Assembly: GCA_963752445.1 (NCBI GenBank)
Contig: CAVVYI010000027.1
Coordinates: 7,180 to 71,179 of the forward strand
Length of the DNA stretch: 64,000 bases
DNA from: an uncultured Actinomycetota bacterium
Lineage (GTDB): Bacteria > Actinomycetota > Actinomycetes > Actinomycetales > Dermatophilaceae
Reading direction: 5' to 3'
Shown: one piece after another, positions 1 to 12,196 of the stretch
Position numbering within the stretch: the stretch's first letter is position 1
Layout: each line of letters begins with the position of its first letter
Notes under the pieces: model-generated
What the model was told of the DNA's origin: nothing
The model's database searches: none
Seen by the model: the letters and a program-made list of their open reading frames with translations, nothing else
Position numbers and translations under genes: made by a program

Positions 1-278
1 CCACGCGAACGAGGAGGAGCAGACCATCCTCAACCCGGCCCGCGAGGAGGTCGCCCTCGACGACGCGCGAGCAGCTCGGGGTCGACTGGCTGACCCGGCG
101 CAACCAGCTCCTCGAGGAGGGCTGCGCGTCCGAGGAGCAGGTCGCCGCACTCCTCGACGAGGCCGTCGCCGAGGGCACGCTCGCCCCCGAGGCCGCGCGC
201 GAGGAGGCCGACGCGATCACGGACGAGGCGAAGGAGAGGGCCGAGGAGGTCGAGGACGCCGCCAAGGCCGGCGACTGA
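1..278 (+). CDS. 3' end of a probable hemerythrin/HHE-domain protein (partial, apparent frameshift)
   Basis: Frame 2 reads HANEEEQTILNPAREEV (HxxxEE-type motif). TGA at 276-278. Confidence 0.4.
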   Translation, partial: TRTRRSRPSSTRPARRSPSTTREQLGVDWLTRRNQLLEEGCASEEQVAALLDEAVAEGTLAPEAAREEADAITDEAKERAEEVEDAAKAGD

Positions 279-313
279 CCGGTGACGGCACCCCCTTGCT
301 AGGTTGGCGCGGC

Positions 314-823
314 GTGAACGCGCGCGTGCGCCGGGCCGTGTGCCCCGGCTCGTACGACCCGGTGACCCACGGCCACCTCGACGTCGTGCGCGCGAGCCGC
401 GGCCCTCCACGACGAGGTCGTCGTCGCCCTCCTCCACAACCCGGCCAAGCAGGGCACGTTCACCGTGCCCGAGCGGGTCGCGTTCCTCGAGCACGCCCTC
501 GCCGCGCGAGGGCCTGGCCGACCGGGTGCGCGTCGAGGCCTTCGCGGACCGGCTCCTCGTCGACGTGTGCCGCGAGCTCGGCGGCCGACGTCGTCGTCAA
601 GGGCCTGCGCGGTGGCACCGACTTCGCCTACGAGCTGCCGATGGCCCTGATGAACCGCCACCTCACCGGTGTCGAGACCGTCTTCCTCCCCGGCGACCCC
701 GCGTTCGGCCACGTGTCGAGCTCGCTCGTCAAGGAGGTCGCCCGCTACGGGGGCGACGTCAGCGGCCTCGTCCCCGACGACGTCCGCGACGCCCTCGTCG
801 ACCGGCTCCGTGCCGACGGCTGA
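314..823 (+). CDS. coaD: Phosphopantetheine adenylyltransferase (apparent indels)
   Basis: AVCPGSYDPVTHGHLDV, VKGLRGGTDFAYELPMALMN and VSSSLVKEVA motifs across frames. Confidence 0.92.
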   Translation: MNARVRRAVCPGSYDPVTHGHLDVVRASRGPPRRGRRRPPPQPGQAGHVHRARAGRVPRARPRRARAWPTGCASRPSRTGSSSTCAASSAADVVVKGLRGGTDFAYELPMALMNRHLTGVETVFLPGDPAFGHVSSSLVKEVARYGGDVSGLVPDDVRDALVDRLRADG

Positions 824-2934
824 GGCCGCCCGCCGCGCGCGCCCCGGTCGCCGGCCGGTCGGCGGGCTTCCGGCCGGACGTCGAGGGGCTGCGCGCCGTC
901 GCGGTGCTCGGCGTGCTCGCCTACCACGCCGGGCTGCCGGTGCGCGCCGGCTTCGTCGGCGTCGACGTCTTCTTCGTGCGTCTCCGGGTTCCTCGTCACC
1001 GGGCTGCTCGTCGCCGAGCTCGACCGCACCGGCACCATCTCGTGGCTGCGGTTCGTCGGCCGGCGCGTCCGCCGGCTGCTCCCGGCGGCGGTGCTCGTCC
1101 TCGTCGTCACCTCCGGCTTCTCGTGGCTCGTCGTGCCGGGGGGGCGCCTGCAGCAGGTCGGGCACGACGTCGTCGCGGCGGCCACCTACGTCGTCAACCG
1201 GGTCCTCGCGGCGCGCGAGGTCGACCACCTCGGCCTCGGAGGCCCGCCCGTCGCCGGTGCGAGCACTTCTGGTCCGCTCGCCGTCGAGGGGCAGTTCTAC
1301 GTCGTGTGGCCGCTCCTGCTGCTCGCCGTGGCGCTGGTCGCCCGGCGGCTCGGGCGCCGGCCCGGACCGGCGCACCATCGCGGTCGTGCTCGGCGTCCTC
1401 ACCGCAGCCTCCTTCGGGTGGTCGCTGTGGGCCTCGCACACGAGCCCGGCCGCCTCGTTCTTCACGACGACGACCCGGGTCTGGGAGCTCGGCACCGGCG
1501 CGCTCCTCGCGGTGTGGCTCACCGGCCGCGAGCGGCCGCGCACCCCGTCGCCCGCGGCGGTGGCGCTGGGCTGGGCGGGGCTCGCGCTGCTCCTCGTCGT
1601 CGCGGTCCGGCTGCCGACCGGCATCGAGTGGCCGAGCGGTTGGGCCCTGCTGCCGACCCTGCCGACGGCCCTCGTCCTCTGGGCCGGCTGGCGCGGGGGC
1701 GCGAACGGGCCGGTGCGGCTGCTCGGCACGCCGGCCGCTGGTCTGGGTCGGCGGCCTCTCGTACTCGATCTACCTCTGGCACTGGCCGGTGCTCGTCCTC
1801 GGCGACTGGACCGCCGAGCGGTTCACCGGCGCGCCGCTGCCGGGGTGGGCCCGGGTCGCGCTGGCCGTGGGCTCGGTGTGGCCGGCCTGGGTGTCGTGGC
1901 GGTTCGTCGAGGCCCCGCTGCACCGCGGCACCTTCCTCCGGCGTCGCCCGCGGGCCCTGCTCGCCTTCGGCCTCGCGCTGTCGGCGGTCGGGGTGCTCGC
2001 AGCCCTCCCGCTCCTCCCGCTGCGCAGCCCCTTCGACGACCCGGCCGGCCGACGGTCCGGTGCCTCCGCTGACCGAGCTCGGTGCCGCCACCGTGGTCCC
2101 CGGGCGGGCCGTCGCCGACCGGGTGCAGCCGGACTGGATGGTGCCCGACCCGCTCGTCGCGGGGGAGGACCGACCGGACGCCGACGTCGACCGGTGCCAG
2201 GTCGACCACGGCGGCCACCGACCCGGTCGCGTGCACCTTCGGCGACCCCCGGGGCACGGTGACCGTCGCCCTCGTCGGCGACTCCAAGGCGATGCAGTGG
2301 CTGCCCGCCCTCCAGGCCCGGGCGGCCGGCGACGCACTGGCGCATCGTCACCTACGGCAAGTCGGCCTGCGCCTTCGCCGACGCCCCGGCCGAGAACGCC
2401 GGCCGGGCCCTACCCCGAGTGCGACGCGTGGAACGACGCCGTCGACCGGGCGCTGGCCGCCGACCCGCCGGACCTCGTCGTCACCTCCGGGGTCGGCCCG
2501 GGGCGCGTGGGACGGCGCGCGCAGCCGGACGCCGGCCTCCTCGCCGACGGCTACGCCCGGCGCTGGTCCGCGCTGGCCCGGGCCGGGGTCCCCGTCGTCG
2601 TCATCGGTGACAGCCCGGTCTCGCCGGACGACCTCGACGTCTGCGCCGCCTGGCACGCCGACGACCTCGGCGCGTGCACCTTCCCCGCCGGCCCGGCCGT
2701 CGCCGCCGAGCGGCCTGCCGGTGCAGCGGCAGGCGGTGGCGCGGGCCGGGGCGGGCGTGACGCCTGCTCGACCTCACGCCGTGGATCTGCCCCGGCGGGC
2801 GCTGTCCCGTCGTCATCGGCCACGTCACGGTCCACCGGGCCGGCGACCACGTCACGGCGACCTACGCGCGCACCCTCGCGCCGCGCGTCGAGGACGCGGT
2901 CCGGGCGGCCACCGGGGCGACCGCCGAGGGCTGA
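810..2934 (+). CDS. Acyltransferase-3 (OafA/OatA-like) O-acyltransferase with C-terminal SGNH domain (several apparent indels)
   Basis: FRPDVEGLRAVAV, GFVGVDVFFV, HFWS.AVE.QFYVVWP, SYSIYLWHWP, SWRFVE.P, then GDSKA and GDHVT in the SGNH part. Confidence 0.85.
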
Positions 2935-3049
2935 GCCCCCGGGCCCCCGGGCGCCGGTTTGGGCCGGTGGGGGGCCTGCCGGTAACCTTGCCCTTCGGTC
3001 TGCGTCCGTGCGGCGTGACCCGAACCAGCCCCGACCTCACCTGAAAGCC

Positions 3050-3628
3050 ATGTCCCGACTCGACCCCCGGTCCCCGATGGTGCTCGACACCAAGCTCGTG
3101 GGCCGTCGGCCGGGGACGATGCACGAGCTGGAGCGTGAGCTGGGGGCGCCGAGCGACCTCGGCACCGACGTCATCCGCGTCGAGGAGGGCAGCCCGCTGC
3201 TCCTCACCGTCCGGATGGAGTCGGTCGTCGAGGGAGTGCTCGTCACCGGTTCGGTGCGCGGCACGGCGACCGGCGCCTGCGTGCGGTGCCTGGACCCCGT
3301 CACCGAGGAGGTCGACGGGCGCTTCCAGGAGCTGTTCGTTCACGCCGATCGACACGTCCACCACCAGGAGGTGGGGGACGAGGACGCCGACGAGGAGCGC
3401 CGGATCGAGGACGGATACCTCGACCTCGAACCGGTGGTCCGGGACACGGTGGTGCCTGCACTGCCGTTCCAGCCGGTGTGCCGGCCGGACTGCCCCGGGC
3501 TCTGCTCCGTGTGCGGCCAGCCGCTCGCGGACGACCCGGAGCACCAGCACGACGAGATCGACCCCCGGTGGGCGGCGCTCTCGGCCCTGGCCGAGACGCC
3601 TCCCGAGACGACAGAGAAGAGGACCTGA
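3050..3628 (+). CDS. yceD: DUF177/YceD family protein
   Basis: CVRCL and PVCRPDCPGLCSVCG motifs, DPRWAAL end, directly upstream of rpmF. Confidence 0.9.
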   Translation: MSRLDPRSPMVLDTKLVGRRPGTMHELERELGAPSDLGTDVIRVEEGSPLLLTVRMESVVEGVLVTGSVRGTATGACVRCLDPVTEEVDGRFQELFVHADRHVHHQEVGDEDADEERRIEDGYLDLEPVVRDTVVPALPFQPVCRPDCPGLCSVCGQPLADDPEHQHDEIDPRWAALSALAETPPETTEKRT

Positions 3629-3629
3629 C

Positions 3630-3824
3630 GTGGCTGTTCCGAAGCGGAAGACGTCGCGCTCCAACACCCGCTCGCGCCGCGCCAACTGGAAGGCGACGGT
3701 CGTCGCCACGACGACCTGCCCGCAGTGCAAGGCGCCGACGCAGCCGCACACCGCGTGCCCGTCGTGCGGGGCGTACAAGGGCCGCCACTACGGCGCGGCC
3801 GAGCGCACCGAGCACCAGGGCTGA
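3630..3824 (+). CDS. rpmF: 50S ribosomal protein L32 (Zn-ribbon type)
   Basis: [24 protein letters not shown] and CPSCG. Confidence 0.97.
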   Translation: MAVPKRKTSRSNTRSRRANWKATVVATTTCPQCKAPTQPHTACPSCGAYKGRHYGAAERTEHQG

Positions 3825-3835
3825 CCCCCAGCCCC

Positions 3836-4684
3836 ATGGGCAAGGGGTCGGCCGCGGCCGATGAGCTGACGCCCCTGCGCCCCGTCACCGAGCTGGTCGA
3901 CCACCTGTCGGAGGTCACCGGTGTCGCCGTCGACGAGGCGCTGGTCCGTCGTGCCCTGACGCACCGGTCGTACGCCTACGAGATGGGCGGGCTGCCGCAC
4001 AACGAGCGCCTGGAGTTCCTCGGCGACTCCGTGCTGGGCGTCGTCGTCACGACGACGCTCTACGACACCAACCCCGACGAGACCGAGGGCCAGCTGGCCA
4101 AGCTGCGCGCCGCCGTGGTGAACATGCGCGCCCTCGCCGACGTCGGGCGGACCCTCGGGCTGGGCGACTTCGTCTTCCTCGGCCGGGGTGAGGAGAGCAC
4201 CGGGGGCCGCGACAAGGACTCGATCCTCGCCGACACCGTCGAGGCGGTCATCGGCGCGGTCTACCAGTGCGCCGGCATCGACGCCGCCGGCGAGCTCGTG
4301 CACAGCCTCGTCGACCCGCTGCTCGCCCAGTCCGCGACCCTCGGGGCCGGCCTGGACTGGAAGACCAGCCTGCAGGAGATCAGCTCGCGGCACGGCCTCG
4401 GCTCTCCCGAGTACGTCGTCGGCGAGGACGGTCCCGAGCACGCGAAGTCCTTCGACGCCGAGGTCGTCATCGGCGGGCGGGTGCTCGGCCACGGCACCGG
4501 CCGCACCAAGAAGGTCGCCGAGCAGGAGGCCGCGGCGCACGCGTGGACGAGCATCCGCGACGCGCACGAGGGCCGCGTCGACGCGGACGGCGACGACGCC
4601 GACGACGCGCGCGCCGTCACCGGGGCGGCGGACGGTGCGGACGGCGCCGACCCCGACGACCCTGCCGACCCCGACGGTGCCTGA
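3836..4684 (+). CDS. rnc: Ribonuclease III
   Basis: [20 protein letters not shown] and DWKTSLQE (dsRBD), with an acidic C-terminal tail. Confidence 0.97.
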   Translation: MGKGSAAADELTPLRPVTELVDHLSEVTGVAVDEALVRRALTHRSYAYEMGGLPHNERLEFLGDSVLGVVVTTTLYDTNPDETEGQLAKLRAAVVNMRALADVGRTLGLGDFVFLGRGEESTGGRDKDSILADTVEAVIGAVYQCAGIDAAGELVHSLVDPLLAQSATLGAGLDWKTSLQEISSRHGLGSPEYVVGEDGPEHAKSFDAEVVIGGRVLGHGTGRTKKVAEQEAAAHAWTSIRDAHEGRVDADGDDADDARAVTGAADGADGADPDDPADPDGA

Positions 4685-5546
4685 GCTGCCCGAGGTCGAG
4701 GTCGTCCGCCGCGGCCTCGCGGCCCACGTCGAGGGGCGCCGGCTCGCGGTCGTCGAGCTCCGGGGCCACCGGGTGGCCCGCCGCCACCTCCCCGGCCCGG
4801 CCGACCTCGCCGGGCGGCTCGCCGGCCGCCGGGTGGCCGCGGTGCGCCGCCGCGGCAAGTACCTGTGGTGGGACCTCGAGGACTCCGTCGGGCTCCTCCT
4901 CCACCTCGGGATGAGCGGCCAGCTCCTCGTCGAGGACCCCGCGGCGCCGGACGAGAAGCACCTGCACGCCCGGTTCTCCTTCGCCGACGACGGCCCCGAG
5001 CTGCGCTTCGTCGACCAGCGCACCTTCGGCGGCCTCGCGCTGGCCGAGCTGGGCGCCGACGGGGTGCCCCTCGGCATCGCCCACATCGCCCCCGACCCCC
5101 TCGAGCCGGCCTACGACCGCGCCGCGGTGGTCCGCCGGGTCAAGGGCAAGGACAGTGCGGTCAAGCGGGTGCTCCTGGACCAGACCGTCGTCTCGGGGAT
5201 CGGGAACATCTACGCCGACGAGGCGCTCTGGCGGGCGCAGGTGCACGGCGAGCGGCCGGCGTCGGCCCTCACCAGGCCCCGCATCGCGAGCGTGCTCGAC
5301 CACGCGGCGGGGGTGATGCGCGAGGCCCTCGGGCAGGGGGGCACGAGCTTCGACGCGCTCTACGTCAACGTCAACGGCGCCTCGGGCTACTTCGACCGGT
5401 CCCTCGCCGCCTACGGGCAGGCCGGACGGCCCTGCCCCCGCTGCGGGACGCCGATCCGGCGCGAGCAGTTCATGAACCGCAGCTCGTTCTCCTGCCCGCG
5501 GTGCCAGCCCCGGCCCCGCCGGGTCAGGGCAGCGGGATCGGCTTGA
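4677..5546 (+). CDS. mutM: Formamidopyrimidine-DNA glycosylase
   Basis: PELPEVE start, [23 protein letters not shown] and a C-terminal Zn finger. Confidence 0.97.
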   Translation: MPELPEVEVVRRGLAAHVEGRRLAVVELRGHRVARRHLPGPADLAGRLAGRRVAAVRRRGKYLWWDLEDSVGLLLHLGMSGQLLVEDPAAPDEKHLHARFSFADDGPELRFVDQRTFGGLALAELGADGVPLGIAHIAPDPLEPAYDRAAVVRRVKGKDSAVKRVLLDQTVVSGIGNIYADEALWRAQVHGERPASALTRPRIASVLDHAAGVMREALGQGGTSFDALYVNVNGASGYFDRSLAAYGQAGRPCPRCGTPIRREQFMNRSSFSCPRCQPRPRRVRAAGSA

Positions 5547-7488
5547 GCCGCACGGCCTTCCCGGTCCTTCGCTCGGACAGCTCGGCGAAGGCCCTGCGGA
5601 CGGTCGCGCTGTAGAGGTGGGCCCCGGTGATGCTCGGGTGGATGCCGTCGGACTGGAGCATCCCGCGGGTGTCGGCGAGGGCGGTGTCCCAGTCGGCGAG
5701 GACGACGTTGTCGTAGCCGGCGACCACCGCGCGCAGCGCCCGGTTGTCGGACTCGGCGCGGGAGTACGGGCCGTGGACGGTGACGACGACGACCATCCGG
5801 TCCGGCCCGGCGGCCTCGATCGTGCGGCGGACCGCCTTCTCGTCGGTGCCGAAGTTCGTGCCGAACGCGAGGACCACCGCGCGCCGCAGGCCGGCGCCGC
5901 GGCGGGCGACGAGGGCGGGGGCCTCGGTCCAGCGGCGGTTCGAGCGGGCGTCGAGGCGCACGCCGGGGAAGTAGTACTCCATCGCCTGCTTCGCGCCGAC
6001 GAGCATCGAGTCGCCGAAGGCGTCGATCTGCGACCCCGCGGGCATGGCCCACGCGGCCGCCGTCCCCGCGGAGGGGGTGGTGGTCCTCGCGGTGCGGGTG
6101 GGGGACGCGCTCGCAGCGGCGGCGGACGCCGGCTCGGAGGCCCGGGCGATGGCGGCCTCGTTGGCCTCGAGGAGCTGCTGGGTGGAGGTGCGCTCGGGCG
6201 CGGTGGCGAGGACGACGGCGACCGCGACCCCCGCGGCACCGACGACCGACCAGGCCACGCGGGCGCGGCGGGTACCGGCCGAGCGCAGTCGCCGGGTGAG
6301 GGCGGCGAAGGCTCCCCGCACGCCCAGCCGGCGCACCGGGGTCTCGACGAACCGGTAGGAGAGGTCGGCCGCGGCGAGCGTGACGAGCACGGCCCAGGCG
6401 CGGGTGAGGAGGTACGCGACGCCTCCCGGCGCCACGGGGAGGTCCTGGCCGACGACGAGCGCGACCGGCCAGTGCCACAGGTAGATGCCGTAGCTGCGGG
6501 CGCCGACCCAGCGCGCCACGGGCAGCTCGAGCACCGCCCGCAGCCGCCCGGGGCGCTCGACGACCACGAGCACGAGGGCCGCGGTGGCCAGCGACGCCAG
6601 CAGGATGCCGCCGCGGAAGGTGAGGGCGGACCGCTCGTCGGCGAGGACGACGAGGCCCCCGAGGACGGCGAGCGCCACCGCGGCGACGGTGCGGCGGTGG
6701 GCCGACCAGCGCGGCGAGCGGGTCCAGGCCCGGTGCGGGGCGGCGAGGGCCAGGGCGAGCGCGGCGCCGACCATGAGCCCGGTCGCGTGCGTGTCGGTGC
6801 CGTAGTAGACGCGGGTGGGGTGCTCGGGGTCGAGCCGCACGGCCATGAGGAGGGAGGACGCGAGCGCGAGGCCGAGGGCCACGGCCGCGCGCGCCTCGGG
6901 GCGCCGGGTGAGCCGCAGCAGCCCGAGCAGGGCGAGCGGCCACAGGAGGTAGAACTGCTCCTCGACCGCGAGCGACCACAGGTTGGCCAGCAGGGTGGGC
7001 GTGGTCGACCCGAAGTAGTCGGAGCCGGCGCCCACCTCGAGCCAGTTCGAGGTGAACGTGGCCGCCCCGAGCACCTGGCGGCCGGCACCGACGAGCAGGT
7101 CGCCCTCGCTGAGCCGGGCCAGCAGCACGCTCGCCGGCACGAGCACCACGAGGGCCGGCAGCAGCCGTCGGGCGCGGCGGGTCCAGAAGGCGCGCACGTC
7201 GATCCGGCCGGCACCCGCGTGCTCGCGGAGCAGGAGCGTGGTGATGAGGAAGCCGGAGACGACGAAGAAGACGTCGACCCCGAGGAAGCCGCCGGGCAGC
7301 CACCGGGGGTCGAGGTGGAAGGTGACGACCGCGGCGACGGCGAGGGCGCGCAGGCCGTCGAGGCCGGGCAGCCGGTGGGTGCTCGGGCCGGCCGGCGCGG
7401 TCCGCTGCGGGCTCGTCGGGGGCCGGGGCGTCCGGAGCCGGGGCGCGGTGGCCAGGCCACCGGGCCCGTCGGGCAGGACCGGCTCCAT
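5524..7488 (-). CDS. Second acyltransferase-3/SGNH O-acyltransferase (OatA-like)
   Basis: [64 protein letters not shown] and DGIHP. Frame is intact. Confidence 0.92.
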   Translation of the reverse strand: MEPVLPDGPGGLATAPRLRTPRPPTSPQRTAPAGPSTHRLPGLDGLRALAVAAVVTFHLDPRWLPGGFLGVDVFFVVSGFLITTLLLREHAGAGRIDVRAFWTRRARRLLPALVVLVPASVLLARLSEGDLLVGAGRQVLGAATFTSNWLEVGAGSDYFGSTTPTLLANLWSLAVEEQFYLLWPLALLGLLRLTRRPEARAAVALGLALASSLLMAVRLDPEHPTRVYYGTDTHATGLMVGAALALALAAPHRAWTRSPRWSAHRRTVAAVALAVLGGLVVLADERSALTFRGGILLASLATAALVLVVVERPGRLRAVLELPVARWVGARSYGIYLWHWPVALVVGQDLPVAPGGVAYLLTRAWAVLVTLAAADLSYRFVETPVRRLGVRGAFAALTRRLRSAGTRRARVAWSVVGAAGVAVAVVLATAPERTSTQQLLEANEAAIARASEPASAAAASASPTRTARTTTPSAGTAAAWAMPAGSQIDAFGDSMLVGAKQAMEYYFPGVRLDARSNRRWTEAPALVARRGAGLRRAVVLAFGTNFGTDEKAVRRTIEAAGPDRMVVVVTVHGPYSRAESDNRALRAVVAGYDNVVLADWDTALADTRGMLQSDGIHPSITGAHLYSATVRRAFAELSERRTGKAVRLKPIPLP

Positions 7489-7593
7489 GGGGACACCGTA
7501 GTGACGGGTGGTGACGGTGTGACGCAGGCGCGCTGGGGGTGCGCCCGGGCCGGCCGGGAGGAGGGGGTCGCGGCGTCGGGCTAGCCTGCCCGG

Positions 7594-7908
7594 ATGAGCT
7601 CGCCGACCCCGCCCGACGACGGCGCCGTCCGCGTGTCGCGGTGTTCGTCCGCGGCCGCGTGCAGGGGGTCGGCTTCCGGTGGTGGACCCGGTCCCGCGCC
7701 CTCGAGCTCGGCCTCTCCGGCTGGGCCCGGAACACCGCCGACGGGCGGGTCGAGGTCGTGGCCGAGGGGCGGCGGCGCGCAGGTCCGGCGGCTCGTGGCG
7801 CTGCTCGGGGAGGAGCCGTCGACCCGCGGGCGGCCCGGCTCGGTCACCGCGCTCTCGGACCCGACGTGGTCCGCGCCGCGCGGCGAGGCCGGCTTCCGCG
7901 AGCGCTGA
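7594..7908 (+). CDS. acyP: Acylphosphatase (apparent indels)
   Basis: [14 protein letters not shown] and [17 protein letters not shown] motifs, located upstream of smc. Confidence 0.85.
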   Translation: MSSPTPPDDGAVRVSRCSSAAACRGSASGGGPGPAPSSSASPAGPGTPPTGGSRSWPRGGGAQVRRLVALLGEEPSTRGRPGSVTALSDPTWSAPRGEAGFRER

Positions 7909-8013
7909 CCCCGTCCTCCGCCGTCGCGCCGCGACGCCTCCGCTGGCGCCCGGCGACGGCTCGCCCGGTGGGACGCGGGGCGCGGGGTGCCCGCACCTTC
8001 CTACGATGGGTCG

Positions 8014-8307
8014 GTGAGCGACCTCCCCCCGGACCTGACGCGCCTGCGCTCGAGCATCGACAACATCGACGCCGCCCTCGTGCACCTGCTCGCGGAGCGG
8101 TTCAAGTGCACGCAGGCCGTCGGCGAGCTCAAGGCCGCGGCCGGGCTGCCGCCCGCCGACCCCGGGCGCGAGGAGGCCCAGGTGGCGCGGCTGCGGACGC
8201 TCGCCGACGAGTCGGGGCTCGACCCGCGCTTCGCCGAGGCGTTCCTCGGCTTCATCATCGCCGAGGTGATCCACCACCACGAGCGGATCGCCAACGGCGG
8301 CGCCTGA
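8014..8307 (+). CDS. Chorismate mutase (AroQ type)
   Basis: [20 protein letters not shown]...VGELK...DPGRE. Confidence 0.88.
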   Translation: MSDLPPDLTRLRSSIDNIDAALVHLLAERFKCTQAVGELKAAAGLPPADPGREEAQVARLRTLADESGLDPRFAEAFLGFIIAEVIHHHERIANGGA

Positions 8308-8507
8308 CCCCCGGGGCCCCGACGCCGGTCCCGGGGGACCCCGGTACCGCCCGGCCCCAGGTCCCAGGGAGCGCAGCAGCCCCAGGAGCCACAGGCACCA
8401 CGGGGGTGACCGGCACGTCCCCGGCGGCCCCGCACCCCGCGGGTAGCATCGCCCGCGACCCGGACCCGGCCGGCTCCGGCCCCCGACGAGAGACGACGAC
8501 CCGCCGC

Positions 8508-11500
8508 ATGTACCTCAAGACGCTGACCCTCAAGGGGTTCAAGTCCTTCGCCTCGGCGACGACGATGCGCCTCGAGCCCGGCATCACGTGCGTCGTCGGC
8601 CCCAACGGCTCCGGCAAGTCCAACGTCGTCGACGCCCTCGCCTGGGTCATGGGCGAGCAGGGCGCCAAGAGCCTGCGCGGCGGCAAGATGGAGGACGTCA
8701 TCTTCGCCGGCACCTCCGGCCGCCCGCCCCTGGGCCGCGCCGAGGTCAGCCTGACCATCGACAACACCGACGGCGCCCTGCCCATCGACTACACCGAGGT
8801 GACGATCACCCGGACGATGTTCCGCGGCGGCGGCTCCGAGTACGCCATCAACGGCACCTCCTGCCGACTGCTCGACGTCCAGGAGCTGCTCTCCGACTCC
8901 GGCCTCGGCCGCGAGATGCACGTCATCGTCGGCCAGGGCCAGCTCGACACCGTCCTGCGGGCGACCCCCGAGGAGCGGCGCGGCTTCATCGAGGAGGCCG
9001 CGGGCGTCCTCAAGCACCGCCGCCGCAAGGAGCGCGCGCTGCGCAAGCTCGAGCAGATGGAGGGCAACCTCACCCGGGTGCTCGACCTCACGGGCGAGAT
9101 CCGCCGCCAGCTCGGGCCGCTCGGCCGGCAGGCCGAGGCCGCGCGCCGGGCCGCCGTCGTCCAGGCCGAGGTCCGCGACGCCCGGCTGCGCCTCCTCGCC
9201 GACGACCTCGTCCAGCTCACCGGCATCGTCGAGCAGGAGGTCGCCGACGAGACCGCCCTCCTCGAGCGCCGCACGGCCGTCGAGGACGCCCTGGCCACGG
9301 TGCGCGGCCGGCTCACCGAGGTCGAGCGGCAGACCGCCGACGCCGCGCCCGAGCTCGGCCGGGCCCAGGAGCGGGTCGTGCGGCTGCAGAGCCTGCGCGA
9401 CCGGCTCGAGTCCACCGGGTCGGTCGCCGCCGAGCGGGTCCGCCTCCTCTCCCAGGACGAGGAGCACGAGACCACCTCCGGTCGCGACCCCGAGGAGCTG
9501 CGCGCCCAGGCGGCCCAGGCGCGCGAGGCCGAGGCCCTGCTCCAGGCCGAGATCGCCGAGACCGTCGAGGGCCTCGACGAGGCGGTGGCCCTGCGCGAGG
9601 CGGCCGAGGCCGCGTTCGCCGCCGAGCAGCAGCGGCTGGCCCGGCTGGCCCGCGCCGCGGCCGACCGCCGCGAGGGGCTGGCCAAGCTCGCCGGCCAGGT
9701 CGGGGCCCGCCGCAGCCGGATCGAGGCGGCCGAGGCCGAGATCGGCCGGCTGCAGACCCTCGTCACCGAGGCCCGGGGGCGGGCCGCGGAGGCCGAGCAG
9801 GAGTTCGCGGGGCTCGAGGGCGGCATCGCCCACGACGAGGAGGGCGAGGAGGGGCTCGACACGTCCTACGAGGTCGCCGCCGAGCGGCTGGCCGCCGCCG
9901 AGGCCGAGGTCGAGCAGCTGCTCGCCGACGAGCGGGAGGCCGAGAGCCGGCGCTCGTCGGCCCAGGCGCGGCTCGAGGCCCTCGAGATGAGCCTGCGGCG
10001 CAAGGACGGCGCGGCCAGCCTCCTCGAGGCGGCCGACGACCGGCACGGCATCGTCGGGGCCGTCTCGGCCCTCCTGCACGTCGAGGGCGGCCACGAGGCC
10101 GCCGTCGCCACCGCCCTCGGGTGGGCCTCGGAGGCCCTCGCCGTGGGCACGGCGCAGTCGGCGGCCGATGCCCTCGCCTCGCTGCGGGCCACCGACGGCG
10201 GCCGGGCCGCGCTGCTCGTCGGCGAGACGGCCGTGCCGAGCGACCCCGCGTCGTGGCCCGACCTCGGTGGGGAGGCCGTGTGGGCCCGTGACGTCGTCGA
10301 GGCCGAGCCCGTGGTGGCGGCCGCCGTCGAGCAGCTGCTCGAGCGCGTGGCGCTCGTGCCGACCGCGGCCCACGCCGTCGCGCTCGTCGCGCGCCACCCG
10401 GGGGTCACGGCGGTCACCGACGACGGCGACGTCTTCGGTCCGGGCTGGGCCCGCGGCGGCAGCTCGGAGGGGCAGAGCCTGCTCGAGGTGCACGCCGCCG
10501 TCGAGGAGACCCGGGGCACGCTCGCCGACGCCTCGGGCCGGGTCGAGCGGGCCCGCTTCGCGCTCGTCGCGGCCCGCGAGCGCGCTGCGGCGCTGGGCAC
10601 GGACGTCGACGCCGCCCTCGAGGCGCTGCACGAGTCGGACGCCCGGATGGCCGCCGTCGCCGAGCGGCTCGGCACCCTCGGCGCCTCGATGCGCACCGCC
10701 GGGGCCGAGGCCGAGCGGGCCGAGCGGGCCATCGCCGGCGCCCGCGAGACCCTCGAGGCCGACCGCGCCGAGCTCGAGGCGCTCACCGCCCGCCTCGCCG
10801 AGGCCGAGGAGCAGCCGGTCGAGGCCGAGACCGACCCCTCCACCGACGAGCGCGACCGCCTCGAGCTCGAGGCCTCCCGCGCCCGCACCGGGCGAGACCG
10901 AGGTGCGCCTCGCCCTGCGCACCAAGGAGGAGCGGGCCCGGGCCCTCTCCGGCCGCGCCGACTCCCTCGAGGGGGCCGCCCGCAACGAGATCGCCGCCCG
11001 CGAGAAGCTGCGCGAGCGGCGCGAGAGGCGCCGCCGGGAGGCCGAGGTGGCCGCGGCCGTCCACGAGGCCGCCGGCTACGCCGTGCACCGCGTCACCAGC
11101 GGCCCTGGGCCGCGCCGGCGTCCTGCGCGACGCCGCCGAGGCCGAGCGGGCCGAGCGCGACCGCGCCGCGTCGGCCCTGCGCCAGGAGCTGACGACCGTC
11201 CAGGACGAGCTGCGCGACCTCACCGACGCCGCGCACCGCGACGAGATGGCCCGGGCCCGCCAGCTCGCCCGGATCGAGCAGCTGCAGGCGCGTGCGGTCG
11301 AGGAGCTCGGCATCGACCCCGAGGTGCTGGTGGAGGAGTTCGGGCCGCACCAGCCGGTGCCGCACATCGCGGGGCCCGACGACGACCCCGACACCGCGCC
11401 GGAGCCCGCGGCCTACGTCCGCGAGGTGCAGGAGAAGCGGCTGCGCAAGGCCGAGCGGGCGCTCGGCGCCCTCGGGCGGGTCAACCCGCTGGCCCTCGAG

Positions 11501-12082
11501 GAGTACGCGGCCCTCGAGGAGCGGCACACCTTCCTCACCACCCAGCTCGAGGACCTCAAGCGCTCCAAGCGCGACCTGCTCGACATCGTCAAGGAGGTCG
11601 ACGAGCGCGTCGAGCAGGTCTTCACCGAGGCCTTCCACGACACCAGGGAGCAGTTCGAGCGGGTCTTCGAGCGGCTCTTCCCCGGGGGCGAGGGGCGGCT
11701 CGTCCTCACCGACCCCGACGACATGCTCGCCACGGGCATCGAGGTCGAGGCGCGGCCCCCGGGCAAGAAGGTCAAGCGGCTCTCGCTGCTCTCCGGCGGC
11801 GAGCGCTCGCTCGTGGCCGTCGCCCTGCTCGTCGCGATCTTCAAGGCCCGGCCGAGCCCGTTCTACATCATGGACGAGGTCGAGGCCGCGCTCGACGACA
11901 CCAACCTCGGCCGGCTCATCACCCTCTTCGAGGAGCTGCGCGACTCCAGCCAGCTCATCGTCATCACGCACCAGAAGCGGACGATGGAGGTCGCCGACGC
12001 GCTCTACGGCGTCTCGATGCGCGGCGACGGCGTGACGACGGTGGTCAGCCAGCGCATCCGCGACGTCGCCGCCACCGCCTGA
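8508..12082 (+). CDS. smc: Chromosome segregation protein SMC (apparent indels near 10890-11110)
   Basis: [23 protein letters not shown] (Walker A), hinge, LSGGERS and MDEVEAALD. Confidence 0.96.
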
Positions 12083-12162
12083 GTCGGCGGCGCCTCACCG
12101 GCATCTCGGGTGACACGCACCGGAACCTCCGGTGACGCACCCCGAAGGTCGCGGTGCCTCGG

Positions 12163-12193
12163 CCACCTTTCCCGCCCCGGGCGGGAAAGGTGG
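12163..12193. terminator. Hairpin between convergent smc and epimerase genes
   Basis: CCACCTTTCCCGCC-ccg-GGCGGGAAAGGTGG, a perfect 14-bp stem. Confidence 0.65.
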
Positions 12194-12196
12194 GGC

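Noticed and set aside
8310-8500. Short 9-nt-period repeats and a possible N-terminal extension of smc
   Set aside because: The repeats are too short and degenerate, and SMC has a canonical start at 8508.
10880-11110. Programmed frameshifting or pseudogenisation of smc and other core genes
   Set aside because: There are no slippery sites, and similar indels are scattered through the window. Sequencing error is more likely.
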